A stretch of 36,854 nt of DNA. Source: Bacteroidia bacterium (GTDB lineage Bacteria; Bacteroidota; Bacteroidia; UKL13-3). Both the position numbers and the translations under genes were made by a program. Positions 1 to 8,603 of this stretch are shown here, in pieces. Numbering within the stretch: the stretch's first letter is position 1; each line of letters opens with the position of its first letter. The stretch is taken from positions 1 through 36,854 of the forward strand of contig JBILJL010000002.1 of assembly GCA_044377255.1 (NCBI GenBank), given 5' to 3'. The notes under the pieces were generated by a model. It was not told where the DNA came from, ran no database searches, and saw nothing but the letters and a program-made list of their open reading frames with translations.

Positions 1-127
1 AAACTTTTATCAACTTAGATTTCTAGCCATTGACTCTATAACTGAACTGGATTATTACGGCAGCCTAGTTTGCAAAATAGACAGTAATGGTAAACTTCTT
101 TCTAACGGACCATTGTTTCCAGTGGGT
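1..127. repeat. Direct repeat copy A, identical to 6827-6953; extends left beyond the window
   Basis: In a hand alignment with offset 6826, nt 1-127 match 6827-6953 with no mismatch seen. Identity ends after ccagtgggt. Confidence 0.9.
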
Positions 128-379
128 CTAAGTAAAGTAGATTTGTTAAATGACATTTTAGTTTATCCAAATCCTACACATTATAAGGTAAGTATTGACT
201 GTGAAATAAACAGAAAAATTAACCTTGAAGTATACAGTATAGACGCTAAGTTGTTATTTAGGGATAGATTTTACGGAAATTACCAATTTAACATGGATGA
301 ATTTGAGAAAGGAATATATTTTTTCAAACTCAACGATGAGTTTGGAAATAGTTTAACAAAAAAGATAATCCGTAATTAA
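2..379 (+). CDS. 3' end of a T9SS-sorted secreted protein (5'-partial; paralog of CDS 5688..7205)
   Basis: The frame is open from the window edge (codons from nt 2) to TAA at 377-379. The track start at 113 is an internal TTG. The C-terminus ILVYPNPTHYKVSI...GIYFFKLNDEFGNSLTKKIIRN is a type-A T9SS C-terminal sorting domain (CTD). Confidence 0.85.
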   Translation, partial: NFYQLRFLAIDSITELDYYGSLVCKIDSNGKLLSNGPLFPVGLSKVDLLNDILVYPNPTHYKVSIDCEINRKINLEVYSIDAKLLFRDRFYGNYQFNMDEFEKGIYFFKLNDEFGNSLTKKIIRN

Positions 380-389
380 ACTGCATACC

Positions 390-551
390 ATAGTTGATAT
401 TTATGGAAGAGTTGTTTTGGAACAAACAGTTTTATCAAAAAAGGATTCAATAATTACCTTTGAAACTCAAGACCTAAAAACGGGTATGTATTATGCTGTG
501 GTTTCAACTGCTTCAAATAAATGGATAGTACCTATTTCATGTATTAAATAG
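390..551 (+). pseudogene. Orphan fragment of a T9SS C-terminal sorting domain, with no start codon
   Basis: This frame reads IVDIYGRVVLEQTVLSKKDSIITFETQDLKTGMYYAVVSTASNKWIVPISCIK and ends at TAG 549-551. It has the CTD pattern (D.YGR.V...I.....L..G.YY). There is an in-frame stop at 366-368 and no upstream ATG. Confidence 0.6.
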
Positions 552-558
552 AAACTTA

Positions 559-978
559 ATGATAAAACTAATTTTAATGATTTGCGTGTTAAATATTACA
601 TGTAAAAAGCCCAATCCCCCAATAGATTCTTGCATTGTACTCAATCAAAAGCTGAGAACTGAGTGGAAGTACGATGGTAAATTACAGTTTAAAGAACAAG
701 GAAGCGATTGGGAGTTTTACTACTACAAAGACGGATTAAACATTTCGGAACTTTTTCAAGACCCAAATTATCACAATTGTTTTACGAAATATACATATGA
801 CAGCATTGTTAAAATTTTAGGTAAACCCTATAATTATTTGCCTAATCAATTTGCACATTTTTTTATTGAAAAACCTATACTAGATTCACCCGGAAGAGGA
901 ACCACAATCTTTATCGGTTTTGATGAACAGGGTTATATTGATGATATCACAAAGGGAAAAAGCCAATCTATTGATTAG
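559..978 (+). CDS. Hypothetical small lipoprotein or secreted protein
   Basis: 139-aa ORF. The N-terminus MIKLILMICVLNITCKK looks like a signal peptide with a lipobox-like Cys. I recognised no domain. Confidence 0.55.
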   Translation: MIKLILMICVLNITCKKPNPPIDSCIVLNQKLRTEWKYDGKLQFKEQGSDWEFYYYKDGLNISELFQDPNYHNCFTKYTYDSIVKILGKPYNYLPNQFAHFFIEKPILDSPGRGTTIFIGFDEQGYIDDITKGKSQSID

Positions 979-1049
979 AGATGGAAAGACTATAAAAGAT
1001 TAATAATTTCATTTCTATTCATAATTAGAAAAGCAAAAAAATAGAATAA

Positions 1050-1148
1050 GATGTTGATTTTATTGGAGGAGTGCCATTAACTAAAGAGAATGAAGAAGCC
1101 ATTATTGACCTTTTGAAAAAGCTCCGCCATAAAGGCAATTCAAATTGA
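1050..1148 (+). pseudogene. Possible start-less gene remnant (C-terminal helix-like peptide)
   Basis: The frame DVDFIGGVPLTKENEEAIIDLLKKLRHKGNSN follows directly after an in-frame TAA and has no ATG. The pattern L-T-x-x-E-x-x-x-I-x-x-L-L-K-x-L resembles the C-terminal helix of c-type cytochrome domains. This is a weak call. Confidence 0.2.
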
Positions 1149-1302
1149 AGAGTATTTGTTAGAGCGCCGGTTTATAGAATGAATGAGATAGTATTTTTTT
1201 CTAATTCGAAGAATACTCTTTTCAGTTTGAGAGCACTTATTTTAATAGCTGTAAAATAAATTTTAGAAAACTTTTTCCATGTTAAGTTTTGATTTATTTG
1301 TT

Positions 1303-1310
1303 TAACTTTG
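1303..1310 (+). promoter_or_regulatory. Candidate Bacteroidota -7 box (TAnnTTTG)
   Basis: taactttg lies 22 nt upstream of ATG 1332, with tttg at 1288-1291 upstream. This is a motif match only. Confidence 0.25.
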
Positions 1311-1331
1311 ATTTACCTTAAATCAAAAGTC

Positions 1332-4300
1332 ATGAAAAAAACCTCATTAGCCTCATTCATCGCATTAGTTTCGCTATTTTGTAGCGTATCTAAAAACATT
1401 TACAGCCAAACTCAAAACCCTAATTGGGTATTATTTTCCACTTCTGGAACCAATCCACCCCAAAGTGGAACAACCAATATAAGCTTTGGCAGCAACCCAT
1501 ATATTGATAATAGTCCGCCCTTTTATAAAGAAACGCCTGTTCAATTTACAGATGAAAATAATGTAACAATAACATCTTATAGAGGTTTCAATGCATACTT
1601 TGATAATGACGGATTTCCAGTAATTTATGTTATCAATAAGGATAATAAAACATATATTTACGATAAACATGGAAATAAATACACTAAAAAGCATTCAAAT
1701 CCCTCCGGTTTGTGCAAATTATTAAAAGATGAGTATAATTTAGACCCATATGCTAATAAAGATTATGTGGAACCTTTTAGTCCATCGATTTTTGGCGATT
1801 TAAACTTAACAGAATTGAAGAATTCTTCTAGAGAAATTTCAATCCTAAAGGTAGGTTGCAATTTACTTCATGTAATATCTGGAGAAATGATAATTGAGGT
1901 TGATCTAACTTTAAAGAGTTGGGATTATTTTTTGCCATTTACACCAGACCAAACATCACTTTTTTCATCAACTTTAATAGATAATCTTGGAATTAGGGCA
2001 CTAGAAATGGGAAGTGGACAAGATTCCTTTTATGAAAGTTTTCATTCAATTAGACGAGATCCGAATTATGATTATATTTATACCATTTATTACATTTACT
2101 CTACTATTGCAAGCGAAAGTGACAGTCGACCAGTGTATTTAAATAAAATTACAGTCAATACCAATACCTATGCAGTTGAATATGGAAGTTCCTATTTCAT
2201 TAGAAATACTGATTTACCGAAAACCTTCCTAAATGATGGTCAGTTCATTTCTGAGTTCGAAATTTCACCAGATGGAAGTAGACTAGCAATTCATGACCAG
2301 AAAAGCATATTAGTTTATGGTATAAATAGTTCAACCAAAAATATTGACCAATTTGTTGGTTATTACAATTATCGTTCTATCAATCCTCTTATTCAATTTG
2401 CCATTAGTGGCTTAGAATTCAATTCATCCTCTAATAAACTAGTTTTTAACAGGTTTGATGCAAATGCAACAACTAGTTCTCCTTTAACAAACAATTTAGG
2501 CATTTTAGACCTTTCCTCAATTTCAAATTATGTTATATCAGCATCTTTCTTTTCTGAATCAATAGGCAATAAAAACCATAGTGTCATTACAAGAGGAGGT
2601 TTAGAATTAGGGAGAAATGGTGAAATTTATAGTGTAGGAAAGTTTGGACTGCATAAAATTAATTTTTCTACTCAAACTTTAAATGACATACCAGATGTAT
2701 TAATTCCAAATTCTGGAACCATCAACCTGACTAATGACATAAATTTAGGTGCCTTATTTGCAATTAGACCCCTTCCTGAGCAAATTGATGGACAGGCTTT
2801 TGTTTCTGAGGGATATCATTTGGATGATGAAATTTTTCCTGAATTAAACGCAGGATTAGTGTTTAATAACCTGAGCACTTCATCTGGTATAATAAAAATT
2901 AGAGGTTTAAACGAGATATATTCACAACAAAGTTTGTCGGTTGCATTTGAAAATACAACAATTCATCCCGCAACTTCTACCACAATTAAGGTAATGAATG
3001 GAGCAAATTTAGAAATAACCAATACTAATATAGAAACAGATGGTTGCAATATAATGTGGAACGGAATTGTGGTTCAAAATGGGGGAAGTTTAAAAATTCA
3101 AAACTCAACTAACCAAGAAAAATTTATAAAAGATGCAATAATTGGAATAGATTATTCTGGTACCGAATCTGGTTTGCTTGTTCAAGACTATACTTTTGAT
3201 AGAAATGAACGCTCTATAAGAATCAATAATGGAGGAGTTTCTGGCTCAACGTTATTTATGGGCAATATTCAAATAAGGAAGAGCCTATTTGGAAACACCG
3301 AGATTTTAAAAGATATAACAAAAGGCCAACTTGCAATTAATGGTCAAAACGCAAACAAAGGAATATCATCTTTAGAGGTTTATAACACAGGAACATCCAT
3401 AAATAATCTGTTTTTAGAAGAAAATGATTTTAATGGAGGATTGTTTGGTGTTAAGGCTACCAATAGTTTCATTCATATATCAGGTTGTAATTATTCAAAT
3501 ATTAAAGGCATTGTTAATATTAATTTTTCCCCAAGGGTTAATTTTAATTATGCATCAGCAATTTTTATTGAAAAAAACAATAATAATAACATAAAATACA
3601 GTTTAAAGGTAGATAATAACTCTACAAATAATATTTCCACCACATTTTCAGATAATACACGGCATGTTACCGCGTATAACGGAGTTAACTTAAACATTCA
3701 CACTGTAAATTTTAATGGATCCTATCAAAAAGGTATTGAATGGGTAAAAAATAAAGGTTGCAGCCTTGAGGTACTAAACAGCAGCTTTCTAAACTGCGCA
3801 AATAGCAGTATTTATTGTGATGATAATTCCTTTCCCTCAAAAGTAAATCTTGATAGAACCTATCTCAGCATTTTGGGAAATACTTTCAGTAATGATAAAT
3901 ACAATCTTTTGGGTACAGAAAATACTCCAATTTTCCAATATGACGCAAATGCCCTGATGATAAATGATTTAGGAAAAACCGCCAATACAGGATATAGTCA
4001 TATTGAAGTTGCTTCGAATCAAATTTATAATTTAAGAACAGGTATTTTGGTCAATGGGGTTACAGGGGGCAAATCGGATTTAACAAGGCCAGAAGGCAAT
4101 GGCGGTATTTACAATATTGATAACAACTACCCAACCATTGTAAGACCGACATCTAATACTATTTTCCCAAGCGGCATTCATGTAATAAATTCAAATTACC
4201 TTGCTGCATTTCAAAATGATATTATAGCCAGCAATAATCAAAATCGGATTTCTAATAATGGTAACGCAATTTATTTAGAGAACAGCTCAAATATTTCTTT

Positions 4301-5684
4301 AAAATCAAACTCATTAAAGGGTAAATATGGCATTAGAGCAAAAATGAACAATATTGGCTCTGAAATTTTATGTAACACATTTTCACGCAACCGTTTTGGA
4401 CTTATGTATAGTGATAAGCACCTGTTGCGAAACACATTCAGAACCCATGGTATAAAAGCTGTTGAATCTAGGTCTAATAATTATATACAAACGGGAATCT
4501 CTGACATGCATTGGATAGAGCCTTTAGATAATGTGAAAAATTGGTGGGTAATTGAAAATAATGGAACCGTAAAAGAAGCTTGTTATCAGGCAGGCACAAC
4601 AAAAAGTTGCTTTGGTCCTTTTACACCTCCTGGTTCTAGTTCACCCATTTTTGTATTCCAAACTTTAATTAAAGATTATGCACCAGATATATGTAAAGGT
4701 CAGTTTCCGGTAGGTTCACCAAATGAAATTGAAGCAGATAATTCTTCTGACCAAATTAGCCAATGGGAATTAGATTTCAGCTATGGTTTAAATGACTTAA
4801 TAACAAATCCAAACTATGTATTGACTGATAAAATTAGAATTATTAAAGCTTTGGAATACGCTCAAACCAATATCTTTGATACCGCTTTAATTTTCCTTAA
4901 CCATAATTTTGAAAACAATCTTGATCAAAAATATGCTACATTACTTAAAAAATATATTGGTTTCAGCTATCCTGTGGCACATCAACCTGATTATACAGAT
5001 GAACAGTATATTCGCAGCATTGCAAATAAAACTCCTTCAATTGAAGGTAGCCATGTATACTTAGCTCGAAGTATTATGCAAAGTTTATATGACGAACAAT
5101 TCTCAGAAAGGGATACTGCATATGCTGACGTACACATTGAACTAATCAACACTTCTTGCTTACAATCAACTGAAGAATTACAAGTTGTAATGTTTAATTC
5201 TTTTCAAGACGAAATTCCAATTCAATATGCATTTGATAATGCATTTAATCTACAAATTTTTGGAGAAGGTTTAAACGAATTAAATTTAGCAACTGAATAT
5301 ACTATAAAAGTTACACATCAAAGTAATGAATATCAAGTTACAAAAACATTATTCGATTTATTAAATAATGAAAATTCAATTGATCTGAATTGTGAAATAA
5401 ATTTAGGTAAACGTAATTCTAATTTAATTTCTAAAAATGATAACATCTCATCTTTAATGGTTTTTCCAAATCCCGTAAATGGAATTTTAACGATTAAAGG
5501 GTTAAATGACGATGACCAAAAATGTGATATTAAAGTTGTAGATTTTCTAGGAAGAACAATTATGGAAGTTGATAATCAAAACGGAAATAATGGTTTAGAT
5601 TTAAGCTACCTTAATACTGGCGTTTATTGTTTGTTAATTAAAAACGCCAACACTAATTATAAGTTTATCATTCAAAAGCAATAA
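1332..5684 (+). CDS. Giant secreted protein with parallel beta-helix repeats and a T9SS C-terminal sorting domain
   Basis: The ORF is 1308-5684. ATG 1332 gives MKKTSLASFIALVSLFCSVSKNIYSQ, a signal peptide. The central ~500 aa carry PbH1-like repeats, e.g. NNGNAIYLENSSNISLKSNSLKGKYGIRAKMNN and NGIVVQNGGSLKIQNS. The C-terminus LMVFPNPVNGILTIKGL...GVYCLLIKNANTNYKFIIQKQ is a T9SS CTD. Confidence 0.9.
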   Translation: MKKTSLASFIALVSLFCSVSKNIYSQTQNPNWVLFSTSGTNPPQSGTTNISFGSNPYIDNSPPFYKETPVQFTDENNVTITSYRGFNAYFDNDGFPVIYVINKDNKTYIYDKHGNKYTKKHSNPSGLCKLLKDEYNLDPYANKDYVEPFSPSIFGDLNLTELKNSSREISILKVGCNLLHVISGEMIIEVDLTLKSWDYFLPFTPDQTSLFSSTLIDNLGIRALEMGSGQDSFYESFHSIRRDPNYDYIYTIYYIYSTIASESDSRPVYLNKITVNTNTYAVEYGSSYFIRNTDLPKTFLNDGQFISEFEISPDGSRLAIHDQKSILVYGINSSTKNIDQFVGYYNYRSINPLIQFAISGLEFNSSSNKLVFNRFDANATTSSPLTNNLGILDLSSISNYVISASFFSESIGNKNHSVITRGGLELGRNGEIYSVGKFGLHKINFSTQTLNDIPDVLIPNSGTINLTNDINLGALFAIRPLPEQIDGQAFVSEGYHLDDEIFPELNAGLVFNNLSTSSGIIKIRGLNEIYSQQSLSVAFENTTIHPATSTTIKVMNGANLEITNTNIETDGCNIMWNGIVVQNGGSLKIQNSTNQEKFIKDAIIGIDYSGTESGLLVQDYTFDRNERSIRINNGGVSGSTLFMGNIQIRKSLFGNTEILKDITKGQLAINGQNANKGISSLEVYNTGTSINNLFLEENDFNGGLFGVKATNSFIHISGCNYSNIKGIVNINFSPRVNFNYASAIFIEKNNNNNIKYSLKVDNNSTNNISTTFSDNTRHVTAYNGVNLNIHTVNFNGSYQKGIEWVKNKGCSLEVLNSSFLNCANSSIYCDDNSFPSKVNLDRTYLSILGNTFSNDKYNLLGTENTPIFQYDANALMINDLGKTANTGYSHIEVASNQIYNLRTGILVNGVTGGKSDLTRPEGNGGIYNIDNNYPTIVRPTSNTIFPSGIHVINSNYLAAFQNDIIASNNQNRISNNGNAIYLENSSNISLKSNSLKGKYGIRAKMNNIGSEILCNTFSRNRFGLMYSDKHLLRNTFRTHGIKAVESRSNNYIQTGISDMHWIEPLDNVKNWWVIENNGTVKEACYQAGTTKSCFGPFTPPGSSSPIFVFQTLIKDYAPDICKGQFPVGSPNEIEADNSSDQISQWELDFSYGLNDLITNPNYVLTDKIRIIKALEYAQTNIFDTALIFLNHNFENNLDQKYATLLKKYIGFSYPVAHQPDYTDEQYIRSIANKTPSIEGSHVYLARSIMQSLYDEQFSERDTAYADVHIELINTSCLQSTEELQVVMFNSFQDEIPIQYAFDNAFNLQIFGEGLNELNLATEYTIKVTHQSNEYQVTKTLFDLLNNENSIDLNCEINLGKRNSNLISKNDNISSLMVFPNPVNGILTIKGLNDDDQKCDIKVVDFLGRTIMEVDNQNGNNGLDLSYLNTGVYCLLIKNANTNYKFIIQKQ

Positions 5685-5687
5685 GAT

Positions 5688-7205
5688 ATGAAAAACTTAT
5701 CATTTGCTTTGATTATATGGCTCGCCATAACCACTTTGCATGCACAAAACTTTTCACCATTTGTGTTTCCTCTTAAACAAACAAATAGTTGGGATGCTAT
5801 AAAGCTTTTTAATGATACACTTTATTTTAGTATAGGTAACAATATCCAAAGTGAGGGATTCTCAAACAGAATAATAAAAGTGAGTAAAGAGTTAAGGTAT
5901 GGCGTTGTTTCTAATTTTCTACCATATTCTACTGAAGGGAAATTATTTAATGGGAATAATGAGTTAATTTGGTATAATAGAACACAAGATTATAGAAATA
6001 CAAGAAATTGTCAATTTACTGTTTTCAATAAAAACGGAATACCTATCGGTCCAGTAGTAATTGGTGACACATCTAATGATGTGAATTCAATTGCTGAAAT
6101 AGATAAGGTTTTGATACTTTCTGGTGATTATCGTCCTCCAACCTCGCAATTTGGCTGGTCGGGTTTTCTGGCAAGTTACAATATAGATGGCAGTAAAATA
6201 TGGGAAAAGTATTATCGAATCAATAGGGATGGTTTTAGAACAACAAGTTTTGATTATGTGTACCACACCAAAAACAACGAAATTTTGGTTATTGGCAGGT
6301 CGCAAAAAGACAGTGCAGGCATATGGCAAACAAAGGTTATCTCGGCCTTGTTTGATACAAGCGGTAATTTACTTGAGATAAAAAGTGAACTGGATTCTTT
6401 AGGTTGGCAATATGATTTCGTTTTTGATATGTTTCGCTTACCTAGGTTATATTATAATTCAAGTGTACAATTAAATGATAGTACATATGGATTATTGGTA
6501 TATAATCAAGAAAGCCAGTTAAAATTTCCAGCAAGATGGGTGTTCTTTAACGATAAGGGAAATGTAATTAGCCACAGGAAGGCTTGGATGTATAGAGATA
6601 CAGTCAACTATCCTTTTTTATTTAATTCTAGTTTTAAAGGTTTGGTAAAACGAATAAATGGAGATGATTTTTTAGCACTTACATTTTTTAATGATTCTAT
6701 TGACCGACAAAGAATGATAGTTTTGGATAATGAATTATTTATAAAGAAAGTTTTACCCGGAATAGCTGAATATGATAGAAAAAACTCACAAGCTGGATTG
6801 TCAGCATTTGCAGAAGATGACGAAAAAAACTTTTATCAACTTAGATTTCTAGCCATTGACTCTATAACTGAACTGGATTATTACGGCAGCCTAGTTTGCA
6901 AAATAGACAGTAATGGTAAACTTCTTTCTAACGGACCATTGTTTCCAGTGGGTTTAAATCCAATAGGTTATTTTAATGATATTTTGGTTTACCCGAATCC
7001 TGTAAATCATGAGGTTAATATTAGTAGTGATAAAATCAAAAAAGTCGATTTGGAAATATTTGGGGTTGAATCGAAGTTACTATATAATGATACATTTAGT
7101 GGCAATTACCAATTTCACATGGATAATTTCCCCTCAGGGCTGTATTTTTTAAGACTTTCTGATGAATATGGAAATAGTTTGACCAGAAAGATAATCCGTA
7201 ATTAA
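5688..7205 (+). CDS. Secreted protein of unknown function with a T9SS C-terminal sorting domain (possibly propeller-like)
   Basis: It has a signal peptide, MKNLSFALIIWLAITTLHAQ. The CTD is ILVYPNPVNHEVNI...GLYFLRLSDEYGNSLTRKIIRN. It starts 3 nt after the preceding stop. Its 3' part is repeated at the window start. Confidence 0.88.
   Translation: MKNLSFALIIWLAITTLHAQNFSPFVFPLKQTNSWDAIKLFNDTLYFSIGNNIQSEGFSNRIIKVSKELRYGVVSNFLPYSTEGKLFNGNNELIWYNRTQDYRNTRNCQFTVFNKNGIPIGPVVIGDTSNDVNSIAEIDKVLILSGDYRPPTSQFGWSGFLASYNIDGSKIWEKYYRINRDGFRTTSFDYVYHTKNNEILVIGRSQKDSAGIWQTKVISALFDTSGNLLEIKSELDSLGWQYDFVFDMFRLPRLYYNSSVQLNDSTYGLLVYNQESQLKFPARWVFFNDKGNVISHRKAWMYRDTVNYPFLFNSSFKGLVKRINGDDFLALTFFNDSIDRQRMIVLDNELFIKKVLPGIAEYDRKNSQAGLSAFAEDDEKNFYQLRFLAIDSITELDYYGSLVCKIDSNGKLLSNGPLFPVGLNPIGYFNDILVYPNPVNHEVNISSDKIKKVDLEIFGVESKLLYNDTFSGNYQFHMDNFPSGLYFLRLSDEYGNSLTRKIIRN
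6827..6953. repeat. Direct repeat copy B, identical to 1-127
   Basis: See copy A. This copy lies inside CDS 5688..7205 and ends at the linker GPLFPVGL just before the CTD. Confidence 0.9.
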
Positions 7206-7454
7206 ACTCAATAAATACTTAAAGTAGATACTTTATAAATATAGTTAATAAAATAAGACAACGACTACTAACAGTACCTACAATAAATTAGCTGTTCAGC
7301 GCTCCGCAGACACCTAACAACCTCTCGTTGTAATTAACTTGAATTAAATAGAATTTGATTTAACCAAGGAATTCCAAATTCATCTAAAAATTAGATTAAC
7401 CTGAATACCTCAATAACTTTTTAAAATTTATAATCAAGTTATATCCTAAACTTA

Positions 7455-7462
7455 TAGTTTTG
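7455..7462 (+). promoter_or_regulatory. Candidate -7 box (TAnnTTTG)
   Basis: tagttttg lies about 43 nt upstream of ATG 7505. This is a motif match only. Confidence 0.25.
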
Positions 7463-7504
7463 TGAGGTTGATAGAAATTTTAAACCATCCTTTAGCTTAA
7501 TTCC

Positions 7505-7738
7505 ATGAGCCTTCCAACATTTTCCAAATCCCAACTAGCCTTGCGCAACGGTCAAGACCGTGACGAGATTTGGGTTGCCTACAAAGGCAAAATTTATGAT
7601 GTAAGTAGGAGCAGATTGTGGCGCAATGGCAAACATTACGAACACTGGGCCGGGCAAGACCTTACAGATGAATTGCCAGATGCACCACACAATGAACATG
7701 TATTTGATAAGTTTGAAGTGGTTGGCCTTTTAGCTTAA
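7505..7738 (+). CDS. Cytochrome b5-like haem/steroid-binding domain protein
   Basis: This 77-aa protein, LALRNGQDRDEIWVAYKGKIYDVSRSRLWRNGKHYEHWAGQDLTDELPDAPHNEHVFDKFEVVGLL, matches the bacterial small cytochrome-b5-domain family pattern (YKGKVYDV...W..G.H...AG.DLT......PH.E.V....VVG.L). Confidence 0.75.
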   Translation: MSLPTFSKSQLALRNGQDRDEIWVAYKGKIYDVSRSRLWRNGKHYEHWAGQDLTDELPDAPHNEHVFDKFEVVGLLA

Positions 7739-8506
7739 TTACCTTTTTATTTTAACCCAAACCGGACAATGGTCCGAGTGTTTTTCATTGGGTAAAATAC
7801 CGGCTTCAACTAAGTTATTGCCAATTGGTTCAGACAACATACAATAATCAATGCGCCAGCCTTTATTGTTATTGCGGGCATTGGCTCTATAACTCCACCA
7901 ACTGTAGTTATGCGGCTCGGCATGCAAGGTTCTGAAGCTATCTATAAAACCAGAGTCTATAAATGCCTGCATCCAATCTCTTTCTTCGGGCAAAAATCCA
8001 CTACTGTCTTTATTGCCTTTTGGGTCGTGAATATCTATGGCTCTGTGGCAAATATTGTAATCGCCACAAATGATTAAATTAGGTCTGGTTTTCTTGAGCT
8101 CATTGATATAATTCTGAAAGAATGAGAGCCAAACCATTTTATAAGCTTGGCGTGTATCGCCACTACTGCCACTTGGCATGTATACACTGATGATGCTTAA
8201 GTCGCCAAAGTCGGCTCTTATCATTCTTCCTTCGGTATCAAACTCTGGTACACCAGAACCATACTCCACATGATCTGGTTTTTGCTTTGAATAGATAGCA
8301 ACTCCGCTATAACCTTTCTTTTCTGCACTGAACCAATGCTGGTGCTTATATCCTGCAACCTCATATAGAAAGGGTTCCACCTGATTTTGCATGGCCTTGG
8401 TTTCTTGAAAACAAAACACATCTGCCTTACTACTTTGCATAAAATCTACCAGCCCTTTACTCTGAGCCGAGCGAATACCATTGACATTATAACTTACTAT
8501 TTTCAT
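7739..8506 (-). CDS. xth: Exodeoxyribonuclease III
   Basis: MKIVSYNVNGIRSA...FCFQETK...ICGDYNICH...WRIDY...SDHCPV are hallmark motifs of the EEP-family ExoIII. The ORF extends to 8515 (MSQMKIV), so the start may be 8515 or 8506. Confidence 0.93.
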   Translation of the reverse strand: MKIVSYNVNGIRSAQSKGLVDFMQSSKADVFCFQETKAMQNQVEPFLYEVAGYKHQHWFSAEKKGYSGVAIYSKQKPDHVEYGSGVPEFDTEGRMIRADFGDLSIISVYMPSGSSGDTRQAYKMVWLSFFQNYINELKKTRPNLIICGDYNICHRAIDIHDPKGNKDSSGFLPEERDWMQAFIDSGFIDSFRTLHAEPHNYSWWSYRANARNNNKGWRIDYCMLSEPIGNNLVEAGILPNEKHSDHCPVWVKIKR

Positions 8507-8603
8507 CTGAGACAAATATAATTCAGAATTAAAAAACGTGCACGATATTTTAATCTTAAAAAAATTAAATTTTATGCTCGTTTTTCGTCACTTTTGTAAC
8601 TCA

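Noticed and set aside
7257-7331. 7-bp stem (acaacga at 7258-7264 pairing with tcgttgt at 7325-7331) enclosing about 60 nt in the intergenic region after the T9SS island
   Set aside because: A 7-bp complement at this distance is expected by chance many times per window. There is no compensatory or repeat evidence. It is noted only because the enclosed sequence (ctaacag, cctaacaac) vaguely resembles the actaacgacc repeat near kynU.
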